Shown piece by piece: positions 1-9,355 of a stretch of 64,000 bases of DNA (the first letter of the stretch is position 1; every line of letters begins with the position of its first letter). The position numbers and the translations under genes were made by a program. Below the pieces are notes generated by a model. The model ran no database searches. It saw nothing but the letters and a program-made list of their open reading frames with translations, and was not told the DNA's origin. The stretch is from an uncultured Methylomirabilota bacterium (GTDB lineage: Bacteria > Methylomirabilota > Methylomirabilia > Methylomirabilales > 2-02-FULL-66-22), in assembly GCA_963845565.1 (NCBI GenBank), contig CAWJSJ010000005.1:128001-192000 (forward strand), written 5' to 3'.

Positions 1-2
1 AG

Positions 3-692
3 GCGTTCATCCGGGAGAAGCTGCCGTACCTCCGGCGGCTGACGCCACCGCTCATCGTCAACGTGGCCGGCGAGTCGGTGGAGGATTTCCGGGAGCTGAC
101 CAAACGGATCAGCGACCAGGAGGGCGTGGCCGGCATCGAATTGAACGTCTCGTGTCCCAACGTGGCAGGTGGGCTGGATTTCTCGACGGATCCGAAGCTC
201 ACGTACCAGGTGGTGAAGGCGGCGCGCGACGCGACAGGGCTTCCGATCATTCCGAAACTGTCGCCGAACGTGACGGATATCCGAGTGATCGCACGGGCCG
301 CGGAAGAGGCGGGCGCCAACGGGATCTCGCTCATCAACACGCTGGTGGGCATGGCGATCGACGTGCGGACGCGCCGGCCAAAGATCGCCAACGTGACGGG
401 CGGGCTCTCGGGGCCGGCCATCCGACCCGTGGCGATCCGAATGGTCTGGCAAGTGGCACAGGCTGTCCGTCTACCGATCCTCGGGATGGGCGGGATCGTG
501 ACCGGAGAGGACGCGGCGGAGTTCCTCCTCGCCGGTGCGACCGCGGTGGCCGTCGGCACCGCAAACTTCATTGACCCGACGAATGCCCTCAAGGTCGTGG
601 AGGGGCTTCGGGAGTATTGCGCCGCCAACGGGATCGCGGACGTGCGCCGGCTCGCGGGGGGCCTCCAGATTCCGGGGCGAAATGACCAATGA
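3..692 (+). CDS. pyrD: Dihydroorotate dehydrogenase, family 1 catalytic subunit (5'-partial)
   Basis: Motifs ELNVSCPN, PKLSPNV, INTL, GGLSGPAIRP and GMGGI; frame open from window start. Confidence 0.95.
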   Translation, partial: AFIREKLPYLRRLTPPLIVNVAGESVEDFRELTKRISDQEGVAGIELNVSCPNVAGGLDFSTDPKLTYQVVKAARDATGLPIIPKLSPNVTDIRVIARAAEEAGANGISLINTLVGMAIDVRTRRPKIANVTGGLSGPAIRPVAIRMVWQVAQAVRLPILGMGGIVTGEDAAEFLLAGATAVAVGTANFIDPTNALKVVEGLREYCAANGIADVRRLAGGLQIPGRNDQ

Positions 693-1165
693 CCGTGGGG
701 TGGAGAATGGCGAGGACGGTATCGCGTGGATTGTGGGCGCTGCTCTGGGCGTCGGTAGTTCTATCCGGCCTCGGACTCTCTATCTCTGGCTATCTTGTCG
801 CCAAGCGCTTTACCGGTGGTAGTCTGGCGTGTACGCGCTGGGCCCAGTGCGACGTAGTCAACAACAGCGTGTACTCCCAGCTCTACGGTGTGCCGGTCTC
901 GGTTATCGGCTTGGCCGGATACCTGTTGCTCCTGATGCTGGCCGTGGCGGCCTTATGGACGGAGGGGCGTACCCAGCGTCGGACGCTCCTTCTCAGCTTC
1001 GTCCTTGCACTCGGCGGAGTGGGGTTCTCGATCTACCTCACATACCTTGAGATCTACGTGATCGAGGCCCTCTGCGCCTGGTGCGTCGCCTCGGCGATCG
1101 TCATCGCGTTGCTGGCGATCGTCACGGCCGTCGCTTCGCGGCTCACGACGCCAAAGGGTGCGTGA
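689..1165 (+). CDS. Vitamin K epoxide reductase (VKOR) family membrane protein
   Basis: Loop cysteines (CTRWAQC..V..S), 4 TM helices, LCAWC CxxC motif; start may be 707. Confidence 0.88.
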   Translation: MTVGWRMARTVSRGLWALLWASVVLSGLGLSISGYLVAKRFTGGSLACTRWAQCDVVNNSVYSQLYGVPVSVIGLAGYLLLLMLAVAALWTEGRTQRRTLLLSFVLALGGVGFSIYLTYLEIYVIEALCAWCVASAIVIALLAIVTAVASRLTTPKGA

Positions 1166-1238
1166 GTCGGGTCCACTTTCCATGAATCTGTGAACGACCA
1201 GCGTCGGGCGCGGTGACCCGGGCCGGAAAGGAGTTCGG

Positions 1239-1595
1239 ATGGACGAGAACCCGATGATCGCCATCGATACCCAGACGATTCCGTGGGAGGAGCGGTTCAA
1301 CGAGAAGCTCGGCCGGGCACTCTATCGGAAGAACTTGATCACCGATCCGGAGACCGGTATGGAGGTCCGCCTGGTTCGATACCCCGCCGGTGTGATCAAT
1401 GTGCGGCATACGCATCCGTGCGCGCACGGCATGTACGTTCTGGAGGGGATCCTGGTCACCCACGCCGGGCAGTATGGTCCCGGCAGCTTCGTGTGGTTTC
1501 CTGAGGGCCTGGTGATGGAACATGGCGCCACCCCCGAGCGCGACGTGACGGTGTTGTTCATCACCAATAAGCCGTTCGAGATCCACTATCGGTAA
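1239..1595 (+). CDS. ChrR-like cupin domain protein
   Basis: HTHPCAHGMYVLEG and GSFVWFPEG..MEH cupin motifs; GGAG RBS. Confidence 0.85.
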   Translation: MDENPMIAIDTQTIPWEERFNEKLGRALYRKNLITDPETGMEVRLVRYPAGVINVRHTHPCAHGMYVLEGILVTHAGQYGPGSFVWFPEGLVMEHGATPERDVTVLFITNKPFEIHYR

Positions 1596-1728
1596 TTCCG
1601 GTTGCCGGAGAGGCGAGTATCGGGATGTTGCCGGTCATCAACAGCTGACCTCCCTGCTATCCCTCGCGGTCGCGCGTACTTGCCGCCGTCCGGTTCCGGC
1701 GGCAGCCACCCTCCTCCCTGTGGTCCCT

Positions 1729-1773
1729 CTAGCCCGGATTCTTCACGAAGGATTCGTGAAGAATCCGGGCTTA
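1729..1773. repeat. Palindromic REP/MITE-like element, copy A
   Basis: AGCCCGGATTCTTCACGAA-gga-TTCGTGAAGAATCCGGGCT, a 19-bp perfect stem bounded by CTA/TTA. Confidence 0.8.
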
Positions 1774-1829
1774 CCTGACGAGCAGCCATTCCCGCCTGCA
1801 GCGGAAGGATACGGGGTGGCGCGCGGACC

Positions 1830-1853
1830 GGGTACCCATCCGCCAGGATGGGT
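1830..1853. repeat. Small GGGTACCC hairpin element, stand-alone copy
   Basis: GGGTACCCATCCGCCAGGATGGGT; related sequences at 8124-8148 and 15360-15380. Confidence 0.55.
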
Positions 1854-1894
1854 GCGGTGCCGCCCGCGTGACCGCCGCCCCCAAGGGTTCTTAT

Positions 1895-1941
1895 TAAGCC
1901 CGCATTGTTCGCGAGCAGTGTTCGCGAATGATGCGGGCTAG
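1895..1941. repeat. Palindromic REP/MITE-like element, copy B (inverted relative to A)
   Basis: TAAGCCCGCATTGTTCGCGA..TTCGCGAATGATGCGGGCTAG aligns with the reverse complement of copy A. Confidence 0.75.
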
Positions 1942-2091
1942 CGGCCGACCGTTCGCCGTGCCACGTGCGGCGCAGCCATTGCGCCCTTCGGCTGCCGGGT
2001 CCGGGTGTTTGCTTCGTACCGCGCCTGTGCTATGATTCGCCCCTCGTGCGCGGCGCGGCCCGCGCCTGTCCCTTCCCTTTGGAGGACCCCC

Positions 2092-3231
2092 ATGATCGCG
2101 AAACGTGCCCGGGAGATCGAACCCTTCGTCGTCATGGAGGTGATGGAGCGGGCGCAGCAACTCGAGGCGCAGGGCGAGCACCTCATCCATCTGGAGGTCG
2201 GCGAGCCGGACTTCGCCACGCCCGCGTGCATCCAGGAGGCCATGACCAAGGCGGTCAAGGACGGGATGACGGGCTACACGCATAGCCTCGGCATCTTGCC
2301 GCTGCGCGAGGCGATCGCGGAGCACTACCACGCCCGGTATGGCGTCCAGGTCTCGCCGGATCGGATCCTGGTCACCTCGGGCACTTCGCCGGCCATGTGG
2401 ATGGTCTTCTCGGCATTGCTGGAGGCGGGCGACGAGGTCATCGTGTCCGATCCGCACTACGCGTGCTACCCGAATTTCATCAAGTTCTGCGGCGGGACGC
2501 TGGCCTGTGTGGACGTGGCGGAGGAGGACGGCTTCCAGTTCCGGCCCGAGGCCGTGCGGGCCCGGATCGGGTCTCGCACCAAGGCGCTGCTCATCAATTC
2601 CCCGGCCAACCCTACCGGCACGCTCCTCTCGGCCGAACGCATGGCCGCCCTGGCCGCGCTGGGCCCGCTGGTCCTGTCGGACGAGATCTACCACGGCCTG
2701 GCGTACGAGGGACGCGAGCACTCGATCCTGGAGTTTACCGACCGTGCGGTGGTGTTCAACGGGTTCTCGAAGGCGTTCGCCATGACCGGGTGGCGGCTCG
2801 GGTACATCATCGTCCCGCCCGACCTGATCCGCCCGCTTCAGAAGATGCATCAGAACTTCTTCATCTCGGCCAACGCGTTCGTCCAGGCAGCCGGGATCGC
2901 AGCGCTGAAAGAGGCGCTGCCCGACTCCGAGCGCATGCGCCGGGAATATGACCGGCGGCGGCAGTTCATCGTTCCCGGGCTGCGGGCGCTGGGCTTCGGT
3001 CTGGCGTCTGAGCCGAACGGGGCCTTCTACGCCTTCGCCAACGCCAAGCGATTCGGCACCGACTCGTACGCCTTGGCTTTCGAGATCCTGGAGCGCGCCA
3101 AGGTCTGCGTGGCACCGGGTGTTGGGTTTGGAAGGAACGGGGAGGGGTACCTGCGATTCTCGTACGCCAGTTCGATGGAGAACATCGAGGAAGCCCTGCG
3201 GCGCCTGAAGGGCTTCCTGGAGGCTCGGTAG
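2092..3231 (+). CDS. PLP-dependent class I/II aminotransferase (aspartate aminotransferase-like)
   Basis: GEPDF, NSPANPTG, DEIY and GFSKAFAMTGWRLG motifs; GGAGG RBS before ATG 2092. Confidence 0.93.
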   Translation: MIAKRAREIEPFVVMEVMERAQQLEAQGEHLIHLEVGEPDFATPACIQEAMTKAVKDGMTGYTHSLGILPLREAIAEHYHARYGVQVSPDRILVTSGTSPAMWMVFSALLEAGDEVIVSDPHYACYPNFIKFCGGTLACVDVAEEDGFQFRPEAVRARIGSRTKALLINSPANPTGTLLSAERMAALAALGPLVLSDEIYHGLAYEGREHSILEFTDRAVVFNGFSKAFAMTGWRLGYIIVPPDLIRPLQKMHQNFFISANAFVQAAGIAALKEALPDSERMRREYDRRRQFIVPGLRALGFGLASEPNGAFYAFANAKRFGTDSYALAFEILERAKVCVAPGVGFGRNGEGYLRFSYASSMENIEEALRRLKGFLEAR

Positions 3232-3316
3232 CGCGATCTCGAACCCGGCGGTGGGCCCGGGATCGCAGCAAGCCGTTGTCAAAGAATTAGTTGAGCGGAG
3301 ACATTCCGAAACGGCA

Positions 3317-3373
3317 TAAGGAGCCGTAACGAAATAGAAAGAGATGTATAGGTTATTTCGTAACGGCTCCTAA
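3317..3373. mobile_element. ~50-bp miniature inverted-repeat element (GGAGCC family), copy 1
   Basis: TAA-GGAGCCGTAACGAAATA...TATTTCGTAACGGCTCC-TAA; second copy at 25096-25151. Confidence 0.7.
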
Positions 3374-3382
3374 GGGGGCATC

Positions 3383-4822
3383 ATGGTTTCCAAGCCGAGT
3401 GCGAGTTACAGCATCACCATGCGCGTCGAGATCCAGAACCGCCCCGGCATGCTGGGACGGGTGGCGTCCGCCATCGGCAAGGCGGGCGGCGACATCGGCG
3501 CGGTGGACATCGCCGGGTTTGGGGCGGGCAGCATCATCCGGGACTTCACCGTGAACGCCCGGGACGAGGCCCACGAGCAGGTGATCGCCCACGCGGTCGG
3601 GAAAGTGCCGGGCGTCCGCGTGGTCAGCGTCTCGGATCGAACGTTTCTGGCCCATCTCGGCGGGAAGATCGAGGTCCGGGCCAAGGCCCCCATCAAGAAC
3701 CGCAGCGACCTCTCGATCGTCTACACGCCGGGCGTGGCGCGGGTCTGCATGGCGATCCACGGCGACCCAACGGCGGCGCATCGGCTGACGATCAAGAAGA
3801 ACACGGTGGCGGTGGTGACGGACGGCTCTGCCGTGCTGGGGTTGGGGAACATCGGCCCCCGGGCCGCCCTGCCCGTCATGGAGGGTAAGGCGGCGATCTT
3901 CAAGGAGTTCGCCGGCGTGGACGCCTTTCCGATCTGCTTGGATACACAGGATCCGGACGAGATCGTCCGCACGGTGCAGGTGATCGCGCCGGCGTTCGGG
4001 GGGATCAATCTGGAAGACATCTCGGCCCCGCGCTGCTTCGACATCGAGGAGCGCCTGCAACGAGATCTGGACATCCCGGTCTTTCACGACGACCAGCACG
4101 GCACAGCGGTGGTGGTGCTGGCCGCGCTCCTCAACGCGCTCCGGATCGTGAAAAAGAACCTGAAAGAGCTAAAAATCGTGGTCAGCGGCATCGGGGCGGC
4201 CGGTGTGGCCTGTACCAAGCTCTTGATGGCTATGGGGGCCAAACAGATCATCGGCGTTGACACGTCGGGCGCCCTGTACCGCGGCCGCAGCGAAAACATG
4301 AACCCCGTCAAGACCTGGTACGCGCAGGCGACCAACCCGCGCAACCTGAAAGGCGGCATCCTGGACGTCATCGGCGGGGCGAACCTGTTCATCGGCCTGT
4401 CGGGTCCGGGCACGTTGCCGGTCAAGGGACTCAAGCGGATGGCCAGGGACGCCATCGTGTTCGCCATGGCCAATCCTGTCCCCGAGATCATGCCGGAGGA
4501 GGCCGCACGCCATGTCCGGGTCATGGCCACGGGCCGGTCGGATTACCCGAACCAGATCAATAACTCCTCCTGCTTTCCGGGCTTTTTCCGCGGCCTGCTG
4601 GATTCGCGGGCCTCGCACGTAAACGACGCCATGAAGATCGCGGCGGCGAAGGCCATCGCCGGCCTGGTGAACCCCCGCGAGTTGAACGAGGAGTACATCA
4701 CGCCGAGCATGTTCGATGCCCGCGTCGCGCCGGCGGTGGCCGCGGCGGTGGCGGAGGCGGCGTACAAGACCGGCGCCGCCCGCCGGGCGCGAAAACCGGT
4801 CGGGGGATTCCGACCGGTGTGA
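3383..4822 (+). CDS. NAD(P)-dependent malic enzyme with N-terminal ACT domain
   Basis: YTPGV, LGLGNIG, PVMEGK, INLEDI, HDDQHGT and GRSDYPNQINN motifs; ACT-like N-terminus. Confidence 0.95.
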   Translation: MVSKPSASYSITMRVEIQNRPGMLGRVASAIGKAGGDIGAVDIAGFGAGSIIRDFTVNARDEAHEQVIAHAVGKVPGVRVVSVSDRTFLAHLGGKIEVRAKAPIKNRSDLSIVYTPGVARVCMAIHGDPTAAHRLTIKKNTVAVVTDGSAVLGLGNIGPRAALPVMEGKAAIFKEFAGVDAFPICLDTQDPDEIVRTVQVIAPAFGGINLEDISAPRCFDIEERLQRDLDIPVFHDDQHGTAVVVLAALLNALRIVKKNLKELKIVVSGIGAAGVACTKLLMAMGAKQIIGVDTSGALYRGRSENMNPVKTWYAQATNPRNLKGGILDVIGGANLFIGLSGPGTLPVKGLKRMARDAIVFAMANPVPEIMPEEAARHVRVMATGRSDYPNQINNSSCFPGFFRGLLDSRASHVNDAMKIAAAKAIAGLVNPRELNEEYITPSMFDARVAPAVAAAVAEAAYKTGAARRARKPVGGFRPV

Positions 4823-4869
4823 CCGAAGAATGCAGGGCCTCTGACACCCCCAGACGAAGGAGAAACGCG

Positions 4870-5250
4870 ATGAGCTGGTTGTACGATCACGCCCATTTCA
4901 AGTGCAGCGACTATGACAAGACCGTGGCCTTCTTCAAGGAGAACTTCGAGGCGAAAGAGGTCGCCCGCTTCGAGGTGAACGGCATGCCCATCGTGACCCT
5001 CGACATCGGCGGCCTCTGGTACAACTTTTCCCCCAAGCGCGCCGGAGAGACGCTGAACGAGGGGCCGGGCGTCCGCTACGGAATCTACCACATGGGTCTC
5101 AAGACCAAGAACCTGGACGCCGAGGCGGCCAAGATGAAGGCGCGCGGCGTCAAGTTCACCCAGGACGTCAAGCCGCTCAACCCGACCGGCAAGTTCGCCT
5201 TCATCGAGGGGCCGGACGGCATCTCGATCGAGTTGCTCCAGCGGGATTAG
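4870..5250 (+). CDS. VOC/glyoxalase family protein
   Basis: DHAH..., YHMGL and FIEGPDGISIEL motifs; RBS AAGGAG. Confidence 0.88.
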   Translation: MSWLYDHAHFKCSDYDKTVAFFKENFEAKEVARFEVNGMPIVTLDIGGLWYNFSPKRAGETLNEGPGVRYGIYHMGLKTKNLDAEAAKMKARGVKFTQDVKPLNPTGKFAFIEGPDGISIELLQRD

Positions 5251-5326
5251 GGGGAGACGTTACCAGGCAATCCGGACTGCCGGGAGGATGTGTCCCCGTG
5301 GTAACGATCGCAGCGGGTGCGGACCG

Positions 5327-6017
5327 ATGACAGAGGCACGCAAGGGTCAGAAAGCGACCGGCGGGCGCGGGAAAACGCCCGCCGGTCGCCCACAGGGCCG
5401 GCTGCACGAGATCCTGGAGATCCTCGGCCGAACGTATCCGGATGCCTGCTGCGAGCTCCGCTTCACCACGCCGCTGGAGCTTCTGGTCGCGACGATCCTG
5501 TCGGCCCAGTGCACCGATGTGCGCGTGAATCAGGTCACGGCGACCCTCTTTAAGAAATACCGTTCCGCCGCGGACTACGCCGCTGCGGATCCGGCGACTT
5601 TCGAGCAGGAGATCCGGAGTACGGGTTTCTTCCGGAACAAGGCCAAGAACATTCTGGCGTGCGCCCGGGCGCTGGTCCGGGATTTCGGCGGGGTTGTGCC
5701 CCGCACGATGGACGAACTGGTCACGCTGCCGGGCGTCGGGCGGAAGACCGCCAACATTGTTTTGTACAATGCGTATGGAGTCCCGGGGTTCGGGGTGGAT
5801 ACCCACGTCGTCCGGGTGACCAATCGCCTCGGACTGGTGGACACCGAGGATCCGGAGAAGATCGAGGCCGCGATTTGTTCGTCTCGTGCCCGACGCGTCG
5901 TGGGGTCAAGCGACGCACCGATTCATTTTTCACGGACGCCGGACCTGCCACGCCAAGCAGCCGGCCTGTCCGGGCTGCGCCCTCGGCGCCCTCTGCTCCT
6001 GGCCGGGCAAGGCCTGA
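5327..6017 (+). CDS. nth: Endonuclease III (apparent frameshift at ~5882)
   Basis: LSAQCTD, LPGVGRKTAN HhH and VDTHV motifs; Fe-S motif CHAKQPACPGCALGALC lies in a shifted frame ending TGA 6017. Confidence 0.92.
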
Positions 6018-6094
6018 AACCGACTCGATTACGATGAACGGTCGAACCCGTGACTCACATGGCCGCTATCCCGTCGACGCGCCGGGATTCGGAC

Positions 6095-6323
6095 TGACAG
6101 CCAACTCGACGCCATGAAACGGACGTACCGAAAGCTGGTCTTCAAGGATGACGCGCTGCTGGTCGGTCCCGGCGTGAACGCCGAGGCGGGCATCCTGCAC
6201 AATATCATCCGCACCCGCCATGCCTTTACCGTGCGCCCCGATCAGCTCGTCGCGGGGGTGATCACCTGGGGCCGCATCCTCCGCGACAACCGGTTGGCGG
6301 GCACGGTCGGCCACCCACAATGA
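6095..6323 (+). pseudogene. Remnant resembling the C-terminus of an NAD(P)/FAD-dependent oxidoreductase
   Basis: LDAMKRTYRKLVFKDDALLVG..AGILHNIIR; no N-terminal FAD domain upstream. Confidence 0.5.
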
Positions 6324-6426
6324 GCAACCGACACCCCAGAGATGACACCCCGTCCATGCCACTTCCGATCGCGCGGTTGTCCATGAGCCGTGCTCCGTCT
6401 GGCCTCGTCCGGCCAAGCGATCCGCG

Positions 6427-6690
6427 ATGACTATCCAGGTGGCGTTGTACGCGGGCCTCACCCGTTACCTTCCCCGCGGGGCACAGAATCGGACGGCGAC
6501 CCTCGACGTGCCGGATGGTGCCACGGTGTTGGATGCGATGCGGCAACTCGGCATGCCGGATGATGTTCCCTGCGTCCCCGTGGTGGACGGAAAGCGTGCA
6601 ACTGCGGAGACCGTCCTCCGGGATGGGGAGACCCTCTCCCTGTTTCCTCCGCTGACCGGAGGCGCGGCTGCGCCTGATCGGGCCGTCTAG
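6427..6690 (+). CDS. MoaD/ThiS family ubiquitin-like sulfur carrier
   Basis: Beta-grasp pattern ending LRDGETLSLFPPLTGG, followed by an 8-aa tail. Confidence 0.85.
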   Translation: MTIQVALYAGLTRYLPRGAQNRTATLDVPDGATVLDAMRQLGMPDDVPCVPVVDGKRATAETVLRDGETLSLFPPLTGGAAAPDRAV

Positions 6691-6741
6691 ACACTGCCCC
6701 ATGCCCAGGTTCCGGATTGGCCGGGCGAAGGAGCGATTCCC

Positions 6742-8049
6742 ATGCGCTTGGGTGTCATCGCCGACGATCTGACGGGTGCCAACGACACCGGCGTCCAGTT
6801 CGCCCGCCGGGGCGCCCGCACCCTGGTGCCCCTGGACTGGCACAACCTGGGATCGCTGGCGCGCTCGGCCGACGTCTTGGTGCTCAATACCAACAGCCGG
6901 GCCGTGCCGGCCCGCGTTGCGGCACAGCGGGCCCGCGTGGCGGCGGAGGCTCTCCGGCGCGCAGGCGTCGAGGCGGTGTACAAGAAGATCGATTCGACGT
7001 TCCGGGGCAATGTCGGTCAGGAGTTGGACGCGATCCTGGACGTGTTTCCCGGACCCCTGACCGTCCTGACGCCGGCGTTTCCACCGGCAGGCCGGGCTGT
7101 GCGCGACGGCGTGCTCCTGGTGCGTGGCGTACCGGTGCACCGGACAGCGATCGGGCGAGATCCCGTGACGCCTCTCCGAGAATCACACTTGCCGACCGTC
7201 CTCGGTCGGCAGTCCAAGCGGCCGGTGTACCCGCTCTGTCTCGCATCGCTCCGCGGCGGCTCGCCGAGTTTGGCTCGGACCATCCGGGAGTGGCGAGCGG
7301 CATCGCCCGGGATCGTCTTGGCGGACGCCGTGACACCCCAGGATCTCGACCGTGTCGCCCGGCTGATCGCACGGGAGAAGCTCTTCGGGGTGGCGGCGGG
7401 GTCAGCCGGGCTCGCGACGGCGCTCTGCAGCGTGCTGTCGTGGCCGCGACGGCCGCGGCGCAGCAAGCCAAGCGGGAAGGGGCCGGCCCTGCTGATCGTC
7501 GGTTCGCCCAACCCTACCAGTGTCGAGCAAGTGGCCTGGATCGAGGCGCACGGCCGAGCGACAATCGTGCCCGCTGCCCTTGACGAGGTGGTCGCCGACG
7601 GCGATCGGTACCGGCGCGAGCTGGACCGGTTGGTGAAGCGGGCTCGGGCCGAGCTCCTTGCCGGCCACGATACCGTCGTGACCCTGGCGCAACGGCCGGC
7701 CTCGCCGTCGGGGCGGCAGCGAGCCTTGCGACCGTCTGCCAGCAAGACGCTCAGCGAATTTCTCGGCCAAGCGACGCGCCTGGTGGTCCGGGACGTCCGA
7801 CCGAGTGGCCTGCTGCTCTGCGGCGGGGACATCGCCGTCGCCGCATGCTCGGCCCTGGGCGCGAGCGCTATCGAGTTGCAGGGCGAGGTGGAGGCCGGGG
7901 TACCCTGGGGCCGTCTGATCGGGGGGGACTGTGCGGGCATCCCGGCCGTGACCAAGGCCGGAGGATTCGGCACGCCGGAGACGTTCGGCCGCGCGATCCG
8001 TTTTCTGCGGCCCGCCCCGCCCCGCGCGCGCCGGCGCGCAGGCTGCTGA
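6742..8049 (+). CDS. Four-carbon acid sugar kinase (DUF1537, DtnK-like)
   Basis: IADDLTGANDTG, YKKIDSTFRGN, CGGD and TKAGGFG motifs. Confidence 0.93.
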   Translation: MRLGVIADDLTGANDTGVQFARRGARTLVPLDWHNLGSLARSADVLVLNTNSRAVPARVAAQRARVAAEALRRAGVEAVYKKIDSTFRGNVGQELDAILDVFPGPLTVLTPAFPPAGRAVRDGVLLVRGVPVHRTAIGRDPVTPLRESHLPTVLGRQSKRPVYPLCLASLRGGSPSLARTIREWRAASPGIVLADAVTPQDLDRVARLIAREKLFGVAAGSAGLATALCSVLSWPRRPRRSKPSGKGPALLIVGSPNPTSVEQVAWIEAHGRATIVPAALDEVVADGDRYRRELDRLVKRARAELLAGHDTVVTLAQRPASPSGRQRALRPSASKTLSEFLGQATRLVVRDVRPSGLLLCGGDIAVAACSALGASAIELQGEVEAGVPWGRLIGGDCAGIPAVTKAGGFGTPETFGRAIRFLRPAPPRARRRAGC

Positions 8050-8217
8050 AAAAGGCCCATCTGCTGCGTTGGCTCGCTTAGGCGCTCGTTGCGGCGTACC
8101 TGGAGTACGCTTCACTCGGCCTCGGGCACCCGTCCGGGATGGATGGGTCGCGCCGCCTTGCATCTGGACCTTTTTTGCGCAGCCTGAGCGAAAGCGGGTT
8201 ATCCATCAATCTGTTAG
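8039..8217. mobile_element. CAGGCTGCTGAAAA MITE, copy 1
   Basis: CAGGCTGCTGAAAAAGG...CCTTTTTTGCGCAGCCTG (to 8186) plus a degenerate tail; supplies the kinase stop codon. Confidence 0.8.
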
Positions 8218-8286
8218 AAGGGGGCGACCTGCGGAGTACCTCCGACGAATTGCCGGAGCGTTCGACCGTCGGTCATGGAGGTTCCG

Positions 8287-9315
8287 ATGAAGGCTGCCGT
8301 GCTGGTGGACACGGGCACGATCGAGATCCGGGAGGTTGCCACGCCGCCGCTCGGCCCGGATGATGTCCTGATCAGGAACGCCTATGCGGGTGTGTGCGGG
8401 TCCGATCTGCACGCCTTTCGGGGGAAACACCCCTTCCGGAAGCCACCCGTCATCCTGGGGCACGAGTTTGCCGGTACGGTGGCAGCGTGTGGTAGTGCGG
8501 TCACGGAATGCCGCCCCGGCGACCGGGTCACGGTGATGCCCCTCGTGCCGTGCCAAACGTGCCGGTTGTGCCGGATGGGGAGGCAAAACATCTGTCTCCA
8601 CAAGAGCGTGCCGGGCGTCGGGGCGTGGCCCGGGTCCTTCGCCGAATATGGGATCGCCAAGGCGTCGGTCACGTATCGACTGGGTCCTGCGACTCCGCTG
8701 CAGGTGGGGGTGCTGGCCGAGCCGCTTGCCGTCGGAATTCACGGGGTTTTCCGGCAGGCACGCGTTCGGCCTGACGACCGGGTGCTCATTCTCGGGGCGG
8801 GTCCGATCGGCATCCTGACCGCCATGGCGGCGCGCGCCGCCGGCGCCGCCGAAGTCGCGGTGACCGATATTCTGGACTTCAACCTGGCGGTCGCGCGGGA
8901 GCTGTGCGGTGCGATCACGTACAATTCGGGGACGGCAGCCTGGGAAGACGCTGTGGCCGTCGCCTTTCCGGACGGCTTCGACGTGGCGATTCTGTGCAGC
9001 GGTGCGCCGATCACGGTGCGACAGGCCATCGGGCGCACGCGGCGCGGCGGCCGCATCATCGTCACCGGCATGTTCCTCGATCCGGTGGAGCTGGACCTGA
9101 CGGCGGTGAACTTGAACGAGCTGGAGCTGGTCGGTTCGGTGGTCTACGACCACCAGGACTTCCGGCAAGCGGTGGAGTGGATCGACGCGGGCCGGTTCGA
9201 CTTCCAGAAGTTGGTGACGCATATCCTCCCTCTCGACATGGCGCAGGACGCCCTGGCGCTCCTGAGCGACCGGAACGAAGATGCTGTGAAAGTGTTGCTG
9301 GAGATCGCGCGTTGA
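8287..9315 (+). CDS. Zn-dependent MDR alcohol/polyol dehydrogenase
   Basis: VCGSDLH, GHE, structural Zn CxxCxxC..C and GAGPIG motifs. Confidence 0.93.
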   Translation: MKAAVLVDTGTIEIREVATPPLGPDDVLIRNAYAGVCGSDLHAFRGKHPFRKPPVILGHEFAGTVAACGSAVTECRPGDRVTVMPLVPCQTCRLCRMGRQNICLHKSVPGVGAWPGSFAEYGIAKASVTYRLGPATPLQVGVLAEPLAVGIHGVFRQARVRPDDRVLILGAGPIGILTAMAARAAGAAEVAVTDILDFNLAVARELCGAITYNSGTAAWEDAVAVAFPDGFDVAILCSGAPITVRQAIGRTRRGGRIIVTGMFLDPVELDLTAVNLNELELVGSVVYDHQDFRQAVEWIDAGRFDFQKLVTHILPLDMAQDALALLSDRNEDAVKVLLEIAR

Positions 9316-9355
9316 GCGCAACGGGGGAAGCCGGCGAACCGAAGGAGATGCGCGG

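Noticed and set aside
1596..1960. Structured ncRNA or riboswitch in this intergenic region
   Set aside because: Hairpins are explained by repeat elements; no recognisable Rfam-type motif (an Infernal search would be decisive)
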